Below, in pieces: positions 1 through 14,549 of a stretch of DNA of 64,000 nt. How positions within the stretch are numbered: position 1 is the stretch's first letter; each line of letters opens with the position of its first letter. The position numbers were made by a program, and so were the translations under genes. The notes under the pieces were generated by a model. The model saw only the letters and a program-made list of their open reading frames with translations, had not been told where the DNA came from and ran no database searches. The stretch is from Hydrolagus affinis (Eukaryota), in assembly GCA_012026655.1 (NCBI GenBank), contig JAAILG010000079.1, forward strand, positions 62,001 to 126,000, given 5' to 3'.

Positions 1-1100
1 TATAAAGTAATGACTACAACAATCCACTATCTCATCTTTTCCAACATTGGCAAAACAACAAGCAGGGAGGGAGTTTGCACTGACCTGGAAGAGACATTCT
101 GCGCTGCTCCATTGACTGAGTGTAATTGTAAAGGGCAACTCAGTGCTCTTCCATTGCAAACGATGCTTCCTGCACTGACTAAGAAACACATACATGACTC
201 TTCCACTGAATCAATTCCACAAACTCCTCATGAGGCTAGGCTTGCATTTTTATTGGACACCCTTGACTCAATTACTTACCTGTTGATCCTACTTAAAATC
301 AGCAGTCCAAGCTTGCTATGTTTTTAATCGGACACCCTATTGTCCTGTAAGTCAAGAATCAGCCACAACCTCCTCTGCTGTCTCAGGAAAATCCAACTTT
401 AAAGTATGTTGCTGAGAGAATACTTAGTTTGTATCTGGTTCCTGTTACCCTGTGATTACCCAATTACCTAATCATAATAAAATTGGTCTTTCACTTATTT
501 ATTTGTGCACAAATTGGCTGCCACATTCGCCTCCAAATAATCAATTAACTTGATCCTATGGAAAAAAAAGTGATACCATTACGCTCCGTTAGCACACTAC
601 TGGTAAAGTAGCTGAACTTGAGGAGTTCATTTTCCATCAACTTTTACCTTTATAAACCTAACCCTAGGCATGTTCAAGCTTTGTAGTGCTATTAATGGAA
701 GAAACTCAAAGATGCAAGTTCTTGAATGCAAAACTTAATAAAATAAAGGTTTAAAAATAAAACAGCATAAAGAAGGGAAACTCACAGAGACAAAACCACA
801 GCTCTATTCACCAACCCCAAATTATCTTTGCCTGACAGACAGGCAGAGTAACATTCAGAAACAGATCCATGATTAATTATGGCCTTGCCTAGTTTTGGTG
901 TAGCAGTGATCTTCCTTTAAACCTCTAATTCTCAAATGGCACTACATTGCTGCATTGGGAAACTTGCATTTGAATAAATATTACTTCTAAACCAGGAATC
1001 AGCTTTTAATCTAATATTTTTTTAAAAAGTACTTCACAGTGGCCAACAAGCCAGTGGCTGTGGCAGATGACATTTATTCCATTGGCTTCTACATACTGGA

Positions 1101-1409
1101 AATAATAATAATAATCCTTGCATTTGATATAGCACTTTTTCACTTCTTGTAGTCGTCTCAAAGTGCTTCATAGAATATATTGTAAAGTGAATTGACTGCA
1201 TATATACTGTATGTAATTGGTAGCCAATTACGCACATAAAGGTCCCACAAACAATCATGGATTGAAATGACCGATTCATGTATTTGTTTAGGGCTTATTA
1301 TTAGAAATGTGGAGTAAGGAAACTTGCCCAAGGTTTCACCCTGCTTGGAATTGAACCCGGGACTCTCGCTTGTATGGGGAGTGCCCTAACCACTGAGCTA
1401 CAGGACCCC
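1101..1409 (-). mobile_element. tRNA-derived SINE, full length
   Basis: A/B boxes (TAGCTCAGTGG, GGTTCAATTCC), shared core, (TTA)n tail; many similar copies in the window. Confidence 0.88.
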
Positions 1410-1720
1410 ACGATCTACAGAAGCCGCTCCTCGGTAACTCAGCCATTTGAGAGCAAGGTTCAGACCAAAGATATTGGAGTTCAATCCCAGTGGATTAACT
1501 TGGCCTGTCACCCTTTCCAAGTTTTAAATACGTCAAATAAATAAGAGTCTCCCCTGGCTCTGTGGAGTAAAGCCACCCATGGTTTACATTTATCCATATT
1601 GTTGGAGGCAAACCCTGAACTCTGTCTGCTCAATTCCTAACCTAATCAGTAAAATGGAAATGTAGTCCTGTATTCCCTACGTTTAGACCTGCTATTGAAA
1701 TCTGAATCTGAATGAAAGAT

Positions 1721-1910
1721 TAATAATAATAATAATCCTTGCGTTTGATATAGCGCTTTTCACATCTTCTAGACATCTCAAAGCGCTTCACAGAATATAC
1801 CGTAAAGTGAATTGACTGTCTGGCAGCCAATCGCACACAGCAGTGTTCCACAAACAGTCGTAGAATGAAATGACCAAATTATTATTGTATTTTTTGAGGG
1901 ATTATTAAAA
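1721..1910 (-). mobile_element. Same SINE family, 3' part
   Basis: Matches the 3' half of the 48950-49272 copy. Confidence 0.8.
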
Positions 1911-4079
1911 CACACAATTTCAACACAATAAAGATGAGAAGATGCAGCGACTGTTGATGACATTGTAAGTGTTTGAGATAACATTCCATTTGGTGGAAAC
2001 ACAATAATCCCCCTGGAGTCCCCTTAAAACGGGGAAAGGCAGGCTGGAGATTGAGTGGTGCATTGGGTTTGTACTCAGCCCTTTGACTGCTGGCCTCTGA
2101 GGTTTGAATCCAACTGGAGACTGATGTGTTGATAGTCTGTGAAGGTCCCTACCTGAGCTTGGACAGCCTCGACCTAGTTTATGAGTAATCTTTTCTCCCT
2201 GAACGAAAAGAACACATCGCACGAATAGGTTTGAAGCTAAGGCACAATGTTGGGAGAGAAGAGGCAGTTTCACACCAACCGTGTGGCTACATTACACACA
2301 TAACTACACCTATTCTGTGTGTTTGATCCTGATACTGAGTTTAGCTATTGAGGTTAATTGGAACAACGAATGCTTTCTTGACAGAAAGTACTGCAGGGAG
2401 TCAGTTTAATTTGATCACTGAGTGTGTCTGACATGTTCGACCACTCTTTTACCCAAGTAAGGTTTCGATCTGCTAGCATTTCAGTGTGTACCATCTGAGA
2501 AAACTACCACTCTGGCAGCAATAATAAATTTGAAATCAGTGTAATGGCCATTATTTTACTGCAAGTGTTGTCAGTTCCTCTCAATACTTCTTGACATACT
2601 AGCTTTACAAATAACGATTCATTCATTATTAAGTTGAACATGTCAGCTTAACACATTCACATTAATGTTCACTGACTCCTCAATTACTAATCATGCTGTG
2701 ATTATATTGCAGTGCTGCAAACTCTTCCTTCTATTAGCAGTCCTGCTACAATAATACAGTGGCCAGTATAGCCTGCAGAGGCAGAGACATGTTTCCTCCT
2801 CACATATACTTCAGTGATGCTAACACAGAAAAGGATCAGCCCTTCGAGCCTATCCCGCCATTTAATTAGATCATGGCAACCAATATTATTTTTAGAACCA
2901 GAAGCCTAATGTCCGTGAGCAGAAAATAAAATTGCAATTGATGACTTTGAAAACACTTGTGAGTTTGTGCGTTTGGAATCGTTTCTGTGTTGCGACTGGT
3001 GATGTGGATTCTATCAAACTTGTCAATCCACAAAATCATTAGCCTATGGATATGTAAAGTTTTTTTTTCTATTTGAACCGACTCTAATTCCCGCCATTGT
3101 AAACATGTGATCAATTCAAAACCTAAAATAAACAATGGGACATAGTAACCTAAGGTTAAGAAGTTTGCTAGAACAATCAATGACCAGGTTAAAATCCACA
3201 TTGATATGACCATCTTAGAGTTCAGAAATGTCCTCAGATCAGGAGGTTGTGACCTTCACATGAAAAGCTAATGGGAGTAACCTACCGGAACCCGAAACAG
3301 TGTCAGGCCAACTTAGTACTGTATATGGCCTTCAGTATGGCTTTATATGATGTAACAAGTTTGTGTGATGAGATGTGATTGTGAAAGGCGCTCTATAAAT
3401 GTAATTTTGTTGTTGTGGTTGTGTAATTCAGGAATACCATTAAGAAATATCACTACATTTTAATGACCACCATTCCATTTAACAAAGTTAAATGCCATTG
3501 TATGGGAAATATAGAATTAAACGCAAACTGTCACAGGAAAGACATGGAATGGGAAACAGCATTTATATTGCACTTTTTTAAAAAAAAAGTGTGCACTCTG
3601 GGATCTTTTAATGCTAATCTAGGAAATTACAATACTCTTTCACGAGTAATTCAGTGGAGAAACTCAAATGAAATACAATAAAACAGTCACTGTGCTTGTC
3701 TGTGTTATGGTCTGTATAAAATTTTCTGTGAAAAGACCACCATTTTTTTTTTCTGCACCAAGTTTTAATGATCACCATTCCATAAACAAGGTGTACTTTT
3801 ATACCCTGTGTTATTTCATGTGAGCTCCCTCCCATCCACTCTCTTGGGATAATTGGCTGCCATCTAGAAAATTGCTTGACCCATTAAATTCACTGGGTTG
3901 TCTTAGCTTCAAATATTCCATGTTTCAGCAATACACTGTGGAAGAAATTTTTAGCGGTATGATGCAATGTAAAATCAAACAGGTGAATTGTCATTTGCTG
4001 ATGTACAGCAAGAAAAGTCTATCTTGGCATTTATCCCCCTGTATTGCAAATGCAGCAATATTACTTCACTGACAGAATG

Positions 4080-5435
4080 TATCAGTTTTAAGTTGAGACG
4101 CACCTCGAATATTGTATGCAGTTTTGGATCTCCTTATTTAAGAGAGGATGTACAGTACTCGCCTTGGATGGGGTGCAACATAGATTCACTAGGTTGGTGC
4201 CTGGGATGAGTTATGAGAATAGGTTGAGCAATCTAGGCCTATATTCTCTAGAATATAGAAGAATTAGAAGTGATCTTATAGAAAGCTATAAGATTATTAA
4301 GGGGCACGACAGAGTACATGGTGGGAGACGGTTTCCTCCTGGTTGGAGAAACTATAACGAGGGGTCACAGTTTTATAATAATAATAATAATAATCCTTGC
4401 ATTTGATATAGCGCTTTCCACATCTTATCAACGTCCCAAAGCGCTTCACAGAATATACTGTAAAGTGAAATTGACTGTATATATTTGTGGGCAAATCGTG
4501 GCAGCCAACTGCTCACAGCAGTGTCCCACACACAGTTGTGGATTGAAATGACCAATTTTATTATTGGGTTTTTTGGAGGGATTATTATTAGGCGTGTGGA
4601 GTAAGGAAACTTGCCCAAGGTTTTGCCCTGACCTGCCTGGATTCGAACACAGGTGTCCCCAGCTTGCAAGACAAGTGCTCCAACCATTGAGCCACAGGAG
4701 CTCCTTTTAAACTTAGGGGTCAGTCAGCCCTTTCACACTGAGTTGAGGAAAACCTTCTTAGTGAATTTATGGAATGCTCTTCCCCAAATCAATCAATAAT
4801 TACATTTGTATAGCGCCTTTCACGTCGGGAGGACATCCCAAGGCGCTGAACAGTCAGGTAGGGATCAAAGCGGGGGTTGGGGGTGGGGGGAGGGTTTGTG
4901 GGACGGAGTATGAAAATGTACTGTATATTTGTGGGCAAAACGCGGCAGCCAAATTGTACACAGCAGTGTCCCACAAACAGTCATGGAAGTGGGGTTAAGG
5001 GAGACGGGGGGGAAAGATGGAGAGAGGACGGGTCTGGGTAGGGGGAAGGAGAGCAAGAAAATCGACTATATATTTGTGGGCGAAACGGGGCAGCCAAATT
5101 GCGCACAGCAGTGTCCCACAAACAGTCAAGGAAGTGGGGTCAGAGGAGAAAGGGGGAAAAGAGGGTAAGGGGGGAGAGGGAGGGAAAGGTGGGGTTTGAT
5201 ATATTTTGAATAAACAGGTCTGTTTTGATTAAACAAAGGGCTGAAGATGCTCAGTCCTTGAACATATTCAAGACTGAGATTGATAGATTTCTTGTGGATA
5301 AAGGGATTAAGGGATATGGGGATAAGGTGTGTAGGTGGAGTTAGAATAGAAGATCAGCCATGATCTTATTGAATGGCGGGGCAGACTCGAGGGGTCGAAT
5401 GGCCTACTCCTGCTCCTAATTCTTATGTTCTTATA
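4080..5435 (+). mobile_element. CR1 LINE 3' fragment interrupted by two insertions (4375-4704 and about 4790-5237)
   Basis: VQHRFTRLVPGM..LGLYSLEYRRIRSDLIE; CR1 sequence resumes at 4705-4787 and 5238-5435 and ends in (TTCTTATG)n. Confidence 0.88.
4375..4704 (-). mobile_element. tRNA-derived SINE, full length, inserted in CR1 with TTTTA duplication
   Basis: GGAGCTCCTGTGGCTCAATGG head, (TTA)n tail, flanked by TTTTA on both sides. Confidence 0.9.
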
Positions 5436-6689
5436 GATGGAAATCAAGAAGACTTTTTTCTACAAAGAAAAAGGAAATAATTTAAGACATATTTGCTGAT
5501 GATTCTTTGACTTTGGTGGAGAACCATTCTGTTCCGCTGTTAGTCAGTAATATATCGAATTCGCTATGGAATATTGTAATTTTCACCCCCTACAAGTGGG
5601 TACAGGTGGCAAAAAATCAGTATCCCATTTAAAGAGAATTTTATTACTTATAATGTACTTAATTAATAAAGGCTGCATTCATTGCCATCTTTGCCCCTTT
5701 ACCAGAGTGACATAATTGAGATTAAGTTTTCCAGAAACTCTTTGTAGGATACTTGTAGACACCTGCACTTTGAAGAATATCCTTTGAAGTCATATTGGTT
5801 TGAAATATTTATTCAGACACTGAATTTCACTTACAATGAATAGGCTAAATGCATAATTTAACACATTTTTGGAATATTACTGTGTATCAATCAGCATGTT
5901 TCCTATAATATCCTGGGCATACAAACACTCTGGAAGTATCTTCACTGAAGAATTTCCGTGCGTTCTTTGTTGACACTTTTTTGTCAGTAAGACAGTAGAT
6001 TCGTTTTTGGTTGTTTAAAGCCAAGAGAAATCAGCTGCAACAATGAAATGCTGGAAAAAGCGCAGGAATGTTTTGGAGTTAGGCTAGACAGGGGAATTTT
6101 CATTCAACAAATTATACAGATATATCTTGCTTGGTTTTCTGAATTGCTAAAAAAAAATCATGATACATACAGCATTCAAGCGTCTAAATGACAGTTTACG
6201 GAGATGGCAGTACTTACTGGTGACATTTCTGGTGAGCATCGCGCACCTTTCTCTGCTACACGCTGTTAGTTATTTCTCCACTAGACTGGTTGGTGGGTTT
6301 GCTCCCAAAATGAAATGCAATCTCACACTTTTCACCAGATTACACTTGAAAATGATGTGAAGGAAGCTTCCCATTTTGAACAGTTCTTCACGAATGTGCT
6401 GTGCGTCAATTCCGAATTGCCTTTTTTAAAAACAAAAAAAAACAAAGAGATGACTGTTTTCATAATCCACAGTCTTAGACAGCTAAAATTAGCTTATTTT
6501 TATCCAGCGCTACCTCCTAAAAAAAGAACTTAGGACAGTCATGTAAAATAATTGATACATCTTATGACGCAATAGAGGAACAAACAATATATTCCTTTTC
6601 AACGGGAAAAGACTATAGGGAATCAATTTGCATGCTGTTCTTCAGATTTTTCATGTTTTGTTGGTAACTCACAAGAATAGGTAAAACCA

Positions 6690-7155
6690 CCACCTCTGAG
6701 TCAGAAGGTTGTGATTTGAAACCACACAGTGGGTTCCCCATGCTCGGATCCGGACCCACAACTGTTCAGCACCTTGGGACGTCCTCCCGCTGAGAAAGGT
6801 GCTCTACAAATGTAATTTTGTTATTAAGGTCACTCCAATGCTGTGCTGGGGGAGTGCTGCATTGTTAGAGGAGCTGTTCTTTGCATGAGTCGTTAAACCA
6901 GTGTGCCTGGTCGGGAGGACAATGTATCCCAAAGGACTATTCAAAAGGAGAAGTAAGTTTCTCTTGAGTGTCCTGATCAATAATCCCTGAGATAAAATTC
7001 ATCATTCACTTCATGGCTCTTTACAGAGCATTATTCTACCCAAATAGACTGTCGTCTTCGCCTACAAATATACTACGCTGTCACTACACTTGACAGTAAA
7101 ATTCAGTGAGGTGCTTAAAGATGTTTTTATGATGTGATAAGACGTAATATCAAAT
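6690..7155 (+). mobile_element. Older DeuSINE-type SINE with nested L2 tail
   Basis: CCTCTGAGTCAGAAGGTTGTG head, GGGAGTGCTGCATTGTT Deu-like core; reverse match to 28870-29127. Confidence 0.65.
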
Positions 7156-7376
7156 GCAAAGAGTTTTCAATAGGATTATGTAGAATGCAATTTAGACAGG
7201 AGTATTTATGGAATAGTACTATAGCAAGAATACATGTCACAGAAGTCTGCCATCTGTACCCTTACTTCTCTTGATAACCAATTTTATTCTTAGCTAGACA
7301 TTCATTCAGCTGTTCCAGAACACTCATGTTTTATTTCAAACAAATTATTTCAGTTAAAGCTATATGGATTAATGCA

Positions 7377-7746
7377 GAGTCCTACAGCTCAGTGTTTAGA
7401 GCACTCGCATTGCAAGTGAGAGACCTGGGCTCAATTCCTCGCAGGTCAGGGTGAAACCTTGGGCAAGTTTCCTTATTCCACACCTACAACAAAAAAAAAC
7501 AATAAAATTACATTTATAGAGCTCCTTTCAAATTGGGAGGACATCCCAAGGCCTTAATAATAATCCTGCCAAAAAAAAATTGGCCATTTCAATCCACGAC
7601 TGTTTGTGGGACACTGCTGTGCACAATTGCCTGCCGTGTTTCGCCCACAAATATACAGTCAACTCACTTTGCAGTATATTCTGCTTCGCTTCGAGAAGAT
7701 GTGAAAAACTCTATGTCAAATGCAAGGATTATTATTAATATTATTA
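7377..7746 (+). mobile_element. tRNA-derived SINE with a nested short L2 tail
   Basis: A/B box head and core; extra L2-tail segment at about 7487-7555. Confidence 0.85.
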
Positions 7747-10700
7747 TGTTGGAATTTGGAGGAATATCAATGTTTGGAATCATTATAAATCAATTTTTTG
7801 TCAGGTACTGATAAATGGCTGTATTTCTTTCAGTCAACCGAAAAATTGTCAACAACCTTTACATTAGCTCTGCAATTATAAGTGCTGATTGCAGGATGAC
7901 TGACCACAAGGGATTTGGTGCTAAAATCCAATTGTTTATATTTATTCATCGGGTGCAATATGAGTGGAAAGTTTGAAATATTAACCATTGTTTACTGGAA
8001 CACTTATCAATGAACCATGTTGAGATATGATCATATTATCATTTGAACTGTTGAAATATCATGGTGCTATGTACTGGTGCACAATGATTTCTGTGTATGG
8101 TGGCACGGGTGGGTTGGGGAATGATCATAGCAAGTTGTATGTGAAGAAACAGGTTTGAATAGTACAAATGTGGAATGGATTTATCTGGAGTTTCTATGCG
8201 ATTTGCCCTAGGAGATCTTGCAATTTTTACTTATGAAAGAACTGAATAACCTTTTCTTACTCAAATATGTCTTATCTCTCCAATAACAGACTATCCCTTT
8301 CTATTCAAACTAGGTTAAAACCTTTATTTAAAAAAAATCTGATACCATGTTCAGAATTTCCCATTTATAATATTTGAATCATTAATTAATGTATATGTAA
8401 TACATGAATAAGGTGCAAAAATTGTTTAGTTTTTATCTTTAAAGATTTGTAATTTTGCCAAAGCTATGGATGCTGATTTTATGTGTAGAATACGATTGAA
8501 CAGCTTAACGATTTAATTACTTAAGAATTCGTAAAGGATGTGATCAATTTGTGTTTCTCAAACTATTTCATTCTGTGTAACTTCAGCTTGGTTTGAAAAT
8601 ATTTTCAATGCAAACGATCAGCTGTACCCGTAAGCTGCAAAGATGTTATGTACAACAGTGAGTGAGTTGTTTGTTCCTGTATTTTACTGTGTATAGCCAA
8701 TATAATATAGGATTCACAATATACCACCTACCTAAAGGAAGACAAATCAAATAGTCATTCAAGTGGTATTCTACTCAATGTGCTCTATGCTGTGAATTTA
8801 TCCTTTAGGGCAACATGATCCATTCTGCTCTGTTCAATACATTTTATGAATTTGGCCCTGGGTGTTTATAAATGACTAATGGAATTCTAAATACATAATT
8901 TTCTTTTACATTTCTAATGTTATTTATAACTTAGAATTGCATAACAGTAAGTGTACAGGGACACATTAGTGAATCTTATCAAATGGAGCTGAAGACCACA
9001 GCAAATAATTTGCCAAATGGAGTGCAGGGGCCAGAATAACCCTCAAGAAATGTCTCAGAATTTATTTTCTCGACTGAGGATTGTGTCTGCGTTTGTGGTG
9101 GCCTGCTTCTTTAAATAAAAAGTCTATACATCCGAAGCATAAAATATGTCTGACCATACATACTGCCATTTTACATATCACTAAGTGTGGTCCGATGGTA
9201 ATTTGTAGGTGCATGTATTAGCAACTGACATTTAAAGAACAACATTCTGAACAGATAATTGGAGTTAGTGGGGTCCAATCAAGTTCCCAGAGAAATATGT
9301 TTTTCATAATAAGAATCCTTGCATTTGATACAGTACTTTATCACGTCGTTGAAATGTTTATTGTGAATTGCATAATTATAGGGAAATGGATATAATGGAA
9401 TGGATTGGATGTTTCCTAGGGAATGCAGGCTGGATTTTGGTTGTGGTACATCCATTTTAACAAATAAAAAAGCTCCACAAATATACATCCTGCTGGCTTG
9501 TGACTATTCAGTGGGCAATATGTTAATTTTGATTAATCTTCATATCCTTTTCTGCAGAGAGTGGCACATGTTAAGAATGATTTGGATAGGAAATATATGA
9601 AAAACGTGAAAGGCGCTATACAAGTGTAATTTTGCTGTTGTATAATTTATTGTGTCTTGAGAAACTTATCAACTGTCTGCTAAAATTCAAGGATTTTGAC
9701 TGATCAGAATGATGTGCAGTGATCCAGCTGTAATACCATAACAGCCTGTAACAATACACATTAAACTCTTTCAGCAGTGAGGTACGCGATTTGAGTATTG
9801 AGCAGACATTGAGCAAACAATGACAAATGTTATGTATTTGTAAAAGTTTTCTAAACTTCTCAAAACAGGTATGTTAGAACCGTGTCCAAACACTGAGAGG
9901 GCAATAAAGCAATGAGGATGCTGAGCTGCATTGCCAGATTCAAAGACCCAGAAATCATGATACTCTATTATGATACATATTTCTCTTTATGGTTGGACTA
10001 AAATTAATTCAGCCTTTCACACTTGAGTTACAATAATTTCAACCCTATTTCATACCAAAATTGGACAAACACTGTTACGATGATTCAAATCGTTTTGTTT
10101 AAAAATACTGTCCAATGACATTTCTTTTCCTATTATTCCCCTTCTCCTGAGGGTATGATTCATGCTGGATGACAGTTCCATGGGTACAAACACAGTGTCC
10201 ATGTGACTGTTCTTTATGTTTGACCCCAGACAGTGACTGCCAGCTCAATGTTGAGAACTGAAAAGCTGAGTCTGATTGACTAGACTTACGGATCATAGAA
10301 ACCGAAAACCATCCAAGCTGGACACCCAGAGGTTTTTTATTTTACTAAAATAAATGTATTCCATCAGAGCCTGAATCCCTAAGCTAGAAGTCCAATGTTG
10401 TGTACATGGTTTCATGGACAATTTGATTGAGAACAGTATCAATGGGTTGACCTGCAGCACATCCATGTACATGTGATGTGTTCAATATTGATTTTATCGT
10501 TTAATTTACCCCAGTATTTATCGAATAGGATTGTGAACCTGACTGATACTTCCCCTCCCCAGCTCAGTGGCCAAACGTTATGACCTTATTGAGATTAATT
10601 AGCCTTCTCGGGAAAACTAAAAATAGGTTTTTGTTTTGAAAAAAATGTCACTTCAAATTTTCCATGCTTGACACGACATTTGATGACAGCCTCGACCCAA

Positions 10701-11237
10701 AAGAAACTGATAGAGATGGGTGAACTAAATGATGATGTTTGGAGAGTAAACGCATTTCTTTGAATACAAGTGATATTATAAAAGTAACCACATTTCGTTG
10801 GTCAATATTTATCCACACAACCAACGAGTGTCAGAGCAATCTGTGAAATAAATCTGCAGTCTCCAGATCTTTGGACTGCCTGTGACACTTTTTGGTGCCT
10901 TCTGTCTCTCATCAAGGAGGACACCAGTTAGCTGTTGGCCCAGATAATATTTAAATGCTATTCCAAGCTTTAGTAGTGTGAAACAATCTTTATAATCCCC
11001 ATAGGGAATAGGCATTTAGTGTGTCAGCCTGATAAATGGGGTAGCATGTATGGTGCATTAGAACATAACGTGGAACCATTTTAAGTTGTCGCAACAAACA
11101 GATGTAATAACAGATAGTGATGCACCATACTCAGTGATCCATTAAAACTCTTATGGACTGGTGCAGAATGCTGCCTGTAAAAAATTCTCAAAACTCAAAT
11201 TTGTCTGCTGTCATTTTGGGAAATTCAGGCAAGGTGA

Positions 11238-11541
11238 TAATAATAATAATAATAATAATAATCCTTGCATTTTGAGATAGCATTTTTCACATCTTATGGA
11301 CGTCTCAAAGCACTTCACAGAATATACTGTAAAGTGAATTGACTATATATTTGTGGGCGAAACATAGCAGCCAATCTTACAAACAGTCATGGATTGAAAT
11401 GACCAATTTTATTATTGTGGTTTTTTTGGAGGATTATTAGGCATGTGGAATAAGGAAACCTTCGCCCTGATCTGTCTGGATTTGAACACAGATCTCACGC
11501 TTGTAAGGCAAGTGCTCTACCCACTGAGCTACAGGAGCTCC
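11238..11541 (-). mobile_element. tRNA-derived SINE, full length
   Basis: Head GGAGCTCCTGTAGCTCAGTGG and (TTA)n tail. Confidence 0.88.
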
Positions 11542-14500
11542 AGATGCCATCACATCAAGTATCATAGTTCCCCCCAACCCCATTGCTTCACATTGTATTG
11601 CAGTTTTATACAGTTGTATCAATCGCTCAAGTTTATAGAATCTTGTGTTGTATATGTACAGGTTGCAAAGCCTTCCCACGACTCCTTTTCTCCTTGCATC
11701 AGAATTATATTGTTTAAGGATTTGTGAAATGTTGCTGTGACATGCCTCCCGGCATGCAGGGCGCCATATTGTTGCACAAGTTGTTGTTATGATCATACTG
11801 TATAAACTGTTCAGTAGCTTCATGTATTGTACTATAGTTCCAGATACTGAGTCTGTAATGGAAACCATGTTCGTTACAGGAAGAGACTAGCATTGTTCCT
11901 TAGAAATACTATATCCTGAATGGGTAGAACATTGATTTTCTTGGCAATTACTCAGTTGCTTTGTCACACATCTCTGACTGTGCCACAAAAACATATAAAG
12001 GAAACCTATGCCATATTCCCAGACCCTGACATTCTTTAACTCTTGATTAAAGCTTCAGGCAGATATTATGCATCAAAAGTCCATTTGTTCCACATAAAAT
12101 TGCATGGTTTTCCTCAGGTTTTTAGTGAGTCAATAGCAGTTGGAGCTGCTACGCTCAAGCAATGCAATGTCACTTATATTCACAGATCAAAACATGTAAC
12201 AAAATGCGACAGAATGTGGCTAAGAATAGGCTGATTTCTCTAAAGCAGCGAGTTTCAGTCTCAATGTAAAGCATCGCATTTTATCAATCTGCCTATCAAT
12301 AAAACTATATCCAGATCCACAAATGCATTACAGAAAGCAAAATTACTGAATATTGGGTCCAAACCACTGGGTGGGGGGGGGGGGGGTGGCAGGGAAACGG
12401 AAGAATCAATCCCCCATTGCTTTGGAACAATGGCTGCACCTGAAGATTTTCAGACTCAATTTGCTGTTTCTGATTTTGTAGTGTAATTTCAGCACAGATA
12501 TAAATAGGATAGCAGCTTAACTCACGTGGAATGCCGCAAAACAGTACTCAAATGTTGGGTCCGGATCCAAAAAAATATTGGGCTCATTGACATGCAGCAG
12601 GATTCCAAGATAGCAATGAAACAAATGCAAATGTGCTTTACAACCAAACCAATGTGCTGCGTTCAAAGAAGGTCCAAACCTGGTTGAAAGTTAAAGAACG
12701 GTTCGGATTCCATTCTTTATTTTCAGAATCCAGGCAATAAAAGTAATGGGTTTTAACTAAAGTATTGGATTAGGAATACCGCAATTTCTTATCTTCCCCA
12801 ACTGAACACCTCCTTATTTTATTTTATTCTATTCCTTAAAGCATCTCCCATAAAAAATATACACTCCTGCTGTTCGAAACAAAAGCATGTGTAAAATTGG
12901 GAAAAGCATCTTTGAACAAATGTACATAGATGTGGACGTATGGCCATCAATACTGTGCCAGTCTCATTTCTTCAGTAGAACCATTATATTGTTTTAAATA
13001 TGGCATCTGCTTACATCTGGAGATTTTATAAATCGTCCACTTTAAACAGTATTTAAAATGAAAGCAATATGCAGCAAAGAATGACTGCAATAACAAATTG
13101 ACTGGTGCTTTGAAAATACACCAAACAATATGTCTGAAATAGATGTGAGATGGCGTGATTTCTTAAATGCTTTTAATCAAGTTTACATGTTCGACTCGTA
13201 TTGGAATAGTTTATTTTCCCAGTTGCTGGATTTTCACTAATCTGAAAGCAGTGAGGACAGATAAGGTGGGTGTGAGTTACTGTGATCTGAGATGGCCTTT
13301 AATTAACTTATGTTCTGTGTAACTGAACAGGATGGATGCATTCTTGCCTGATTTACAATAAACACTTTAGTGCTTTTGGGTGTTTAAATAATTTTCACAT
13401 TATTCAACTTAATTTGTTTCATGACATTTCCACAACTTGAAATCAATGGTAATGGATACAATAAATGGGTGAAGATTTAAAAAGAGATATTACGAAGCCT
13501 ATCAATATGTTTTCCACATTCAAGTCAATGTGTCCTCACTGACATCTTAAAAATACACAGGGCATTGAGGTGAGGCCAAATTCTATATTTACCAATCTTA
13601 CAAAGCAGCGTGATTTCCTCTGGGTGCACTGTTCTAAATTTAGCAAATGTGATAATGATTCACACTATTCTGGGTGCAATGTCATAAAAAGCACTGAAAC
13701 ATCGAGCTCCTGGATGTGTCCTCAGGCAAGCTGTTGTCTCTTCAGATGCTTCATCAAAAAGGGTTGTGTTCGGAGGGAGGGGGAAGGATAGTGGTGGTGG
13801 GGGGATGGTAGGAAGACGAGAGAAATAAATAAATCGTAGCATTTCTGGGATACAAAAGACATTGGTGCTGCAGTCTAACAGCCAAGGGTATCTTCTTCCC
13901 AATGTATACTAACAAGATGGAAATATCCACTTAACTGCTATTTCCACACTGATCTTCCTTGCTGAGGCAAACATAGTAAAATTAATTAACCGTCACTCAA
14001 GCTGCCACTTAGAGCGACAGGTCACTGTGAAGCAGTGCTGGGTCTGAATCGGAATGGAGTAGGGGAGAGATTCAACATCAATAATCAATCAGAAGAATAT
14101 GTAACCAAGTGATAAACTAGTATTTTTTTCAATGGCCAGGAATTTGGTAACAGTTTATCCCACAAACTTCCAATGGCCTAACAAACAAGTGTCTGTGACA
14201 CAATATACAAAGATAAGTCACTAACAAGTGTGACACCAAAATTGAGTTTTGTGAATAAAATACGTTGTACAACTTGGGCCTTCTTTCCCTAAGTTGTACA
14301 ACATTATAATTGGTCATAACATTAAAAAGGTCATAACCTCTTTTGCACTTTAAAATAATCATATTACAGATTTGACATAGTACACTTCAGTAATGGATGG
14401 TTCAAAGCTTTTAAAGCAAAGTGTGCCCATGTTTTAAGAATCTCAATACATAACCAGGGTTGACTTACACCACCAATGCTTAGCTGTTGAAATGAAAAAT

Positions 14501-14549
14501 GAGGTGTTAGTGAGGTGTTGATTCTGCTGGATGGAAGATTAAACTATTG

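Noticed and set aside
6764-6783. REST/RE1-like TTCAGCACCTTGGGACG
   Set aside because: Wrong half-site spacing and a degenerate right half; it derives from an L2 tail.
10-14000. Numerous 60-140 aa ORFs in the left part of the window
   Set aside because: No recognisable homology; lengths are as expected by chance or derive from SINE/LINE sequence.
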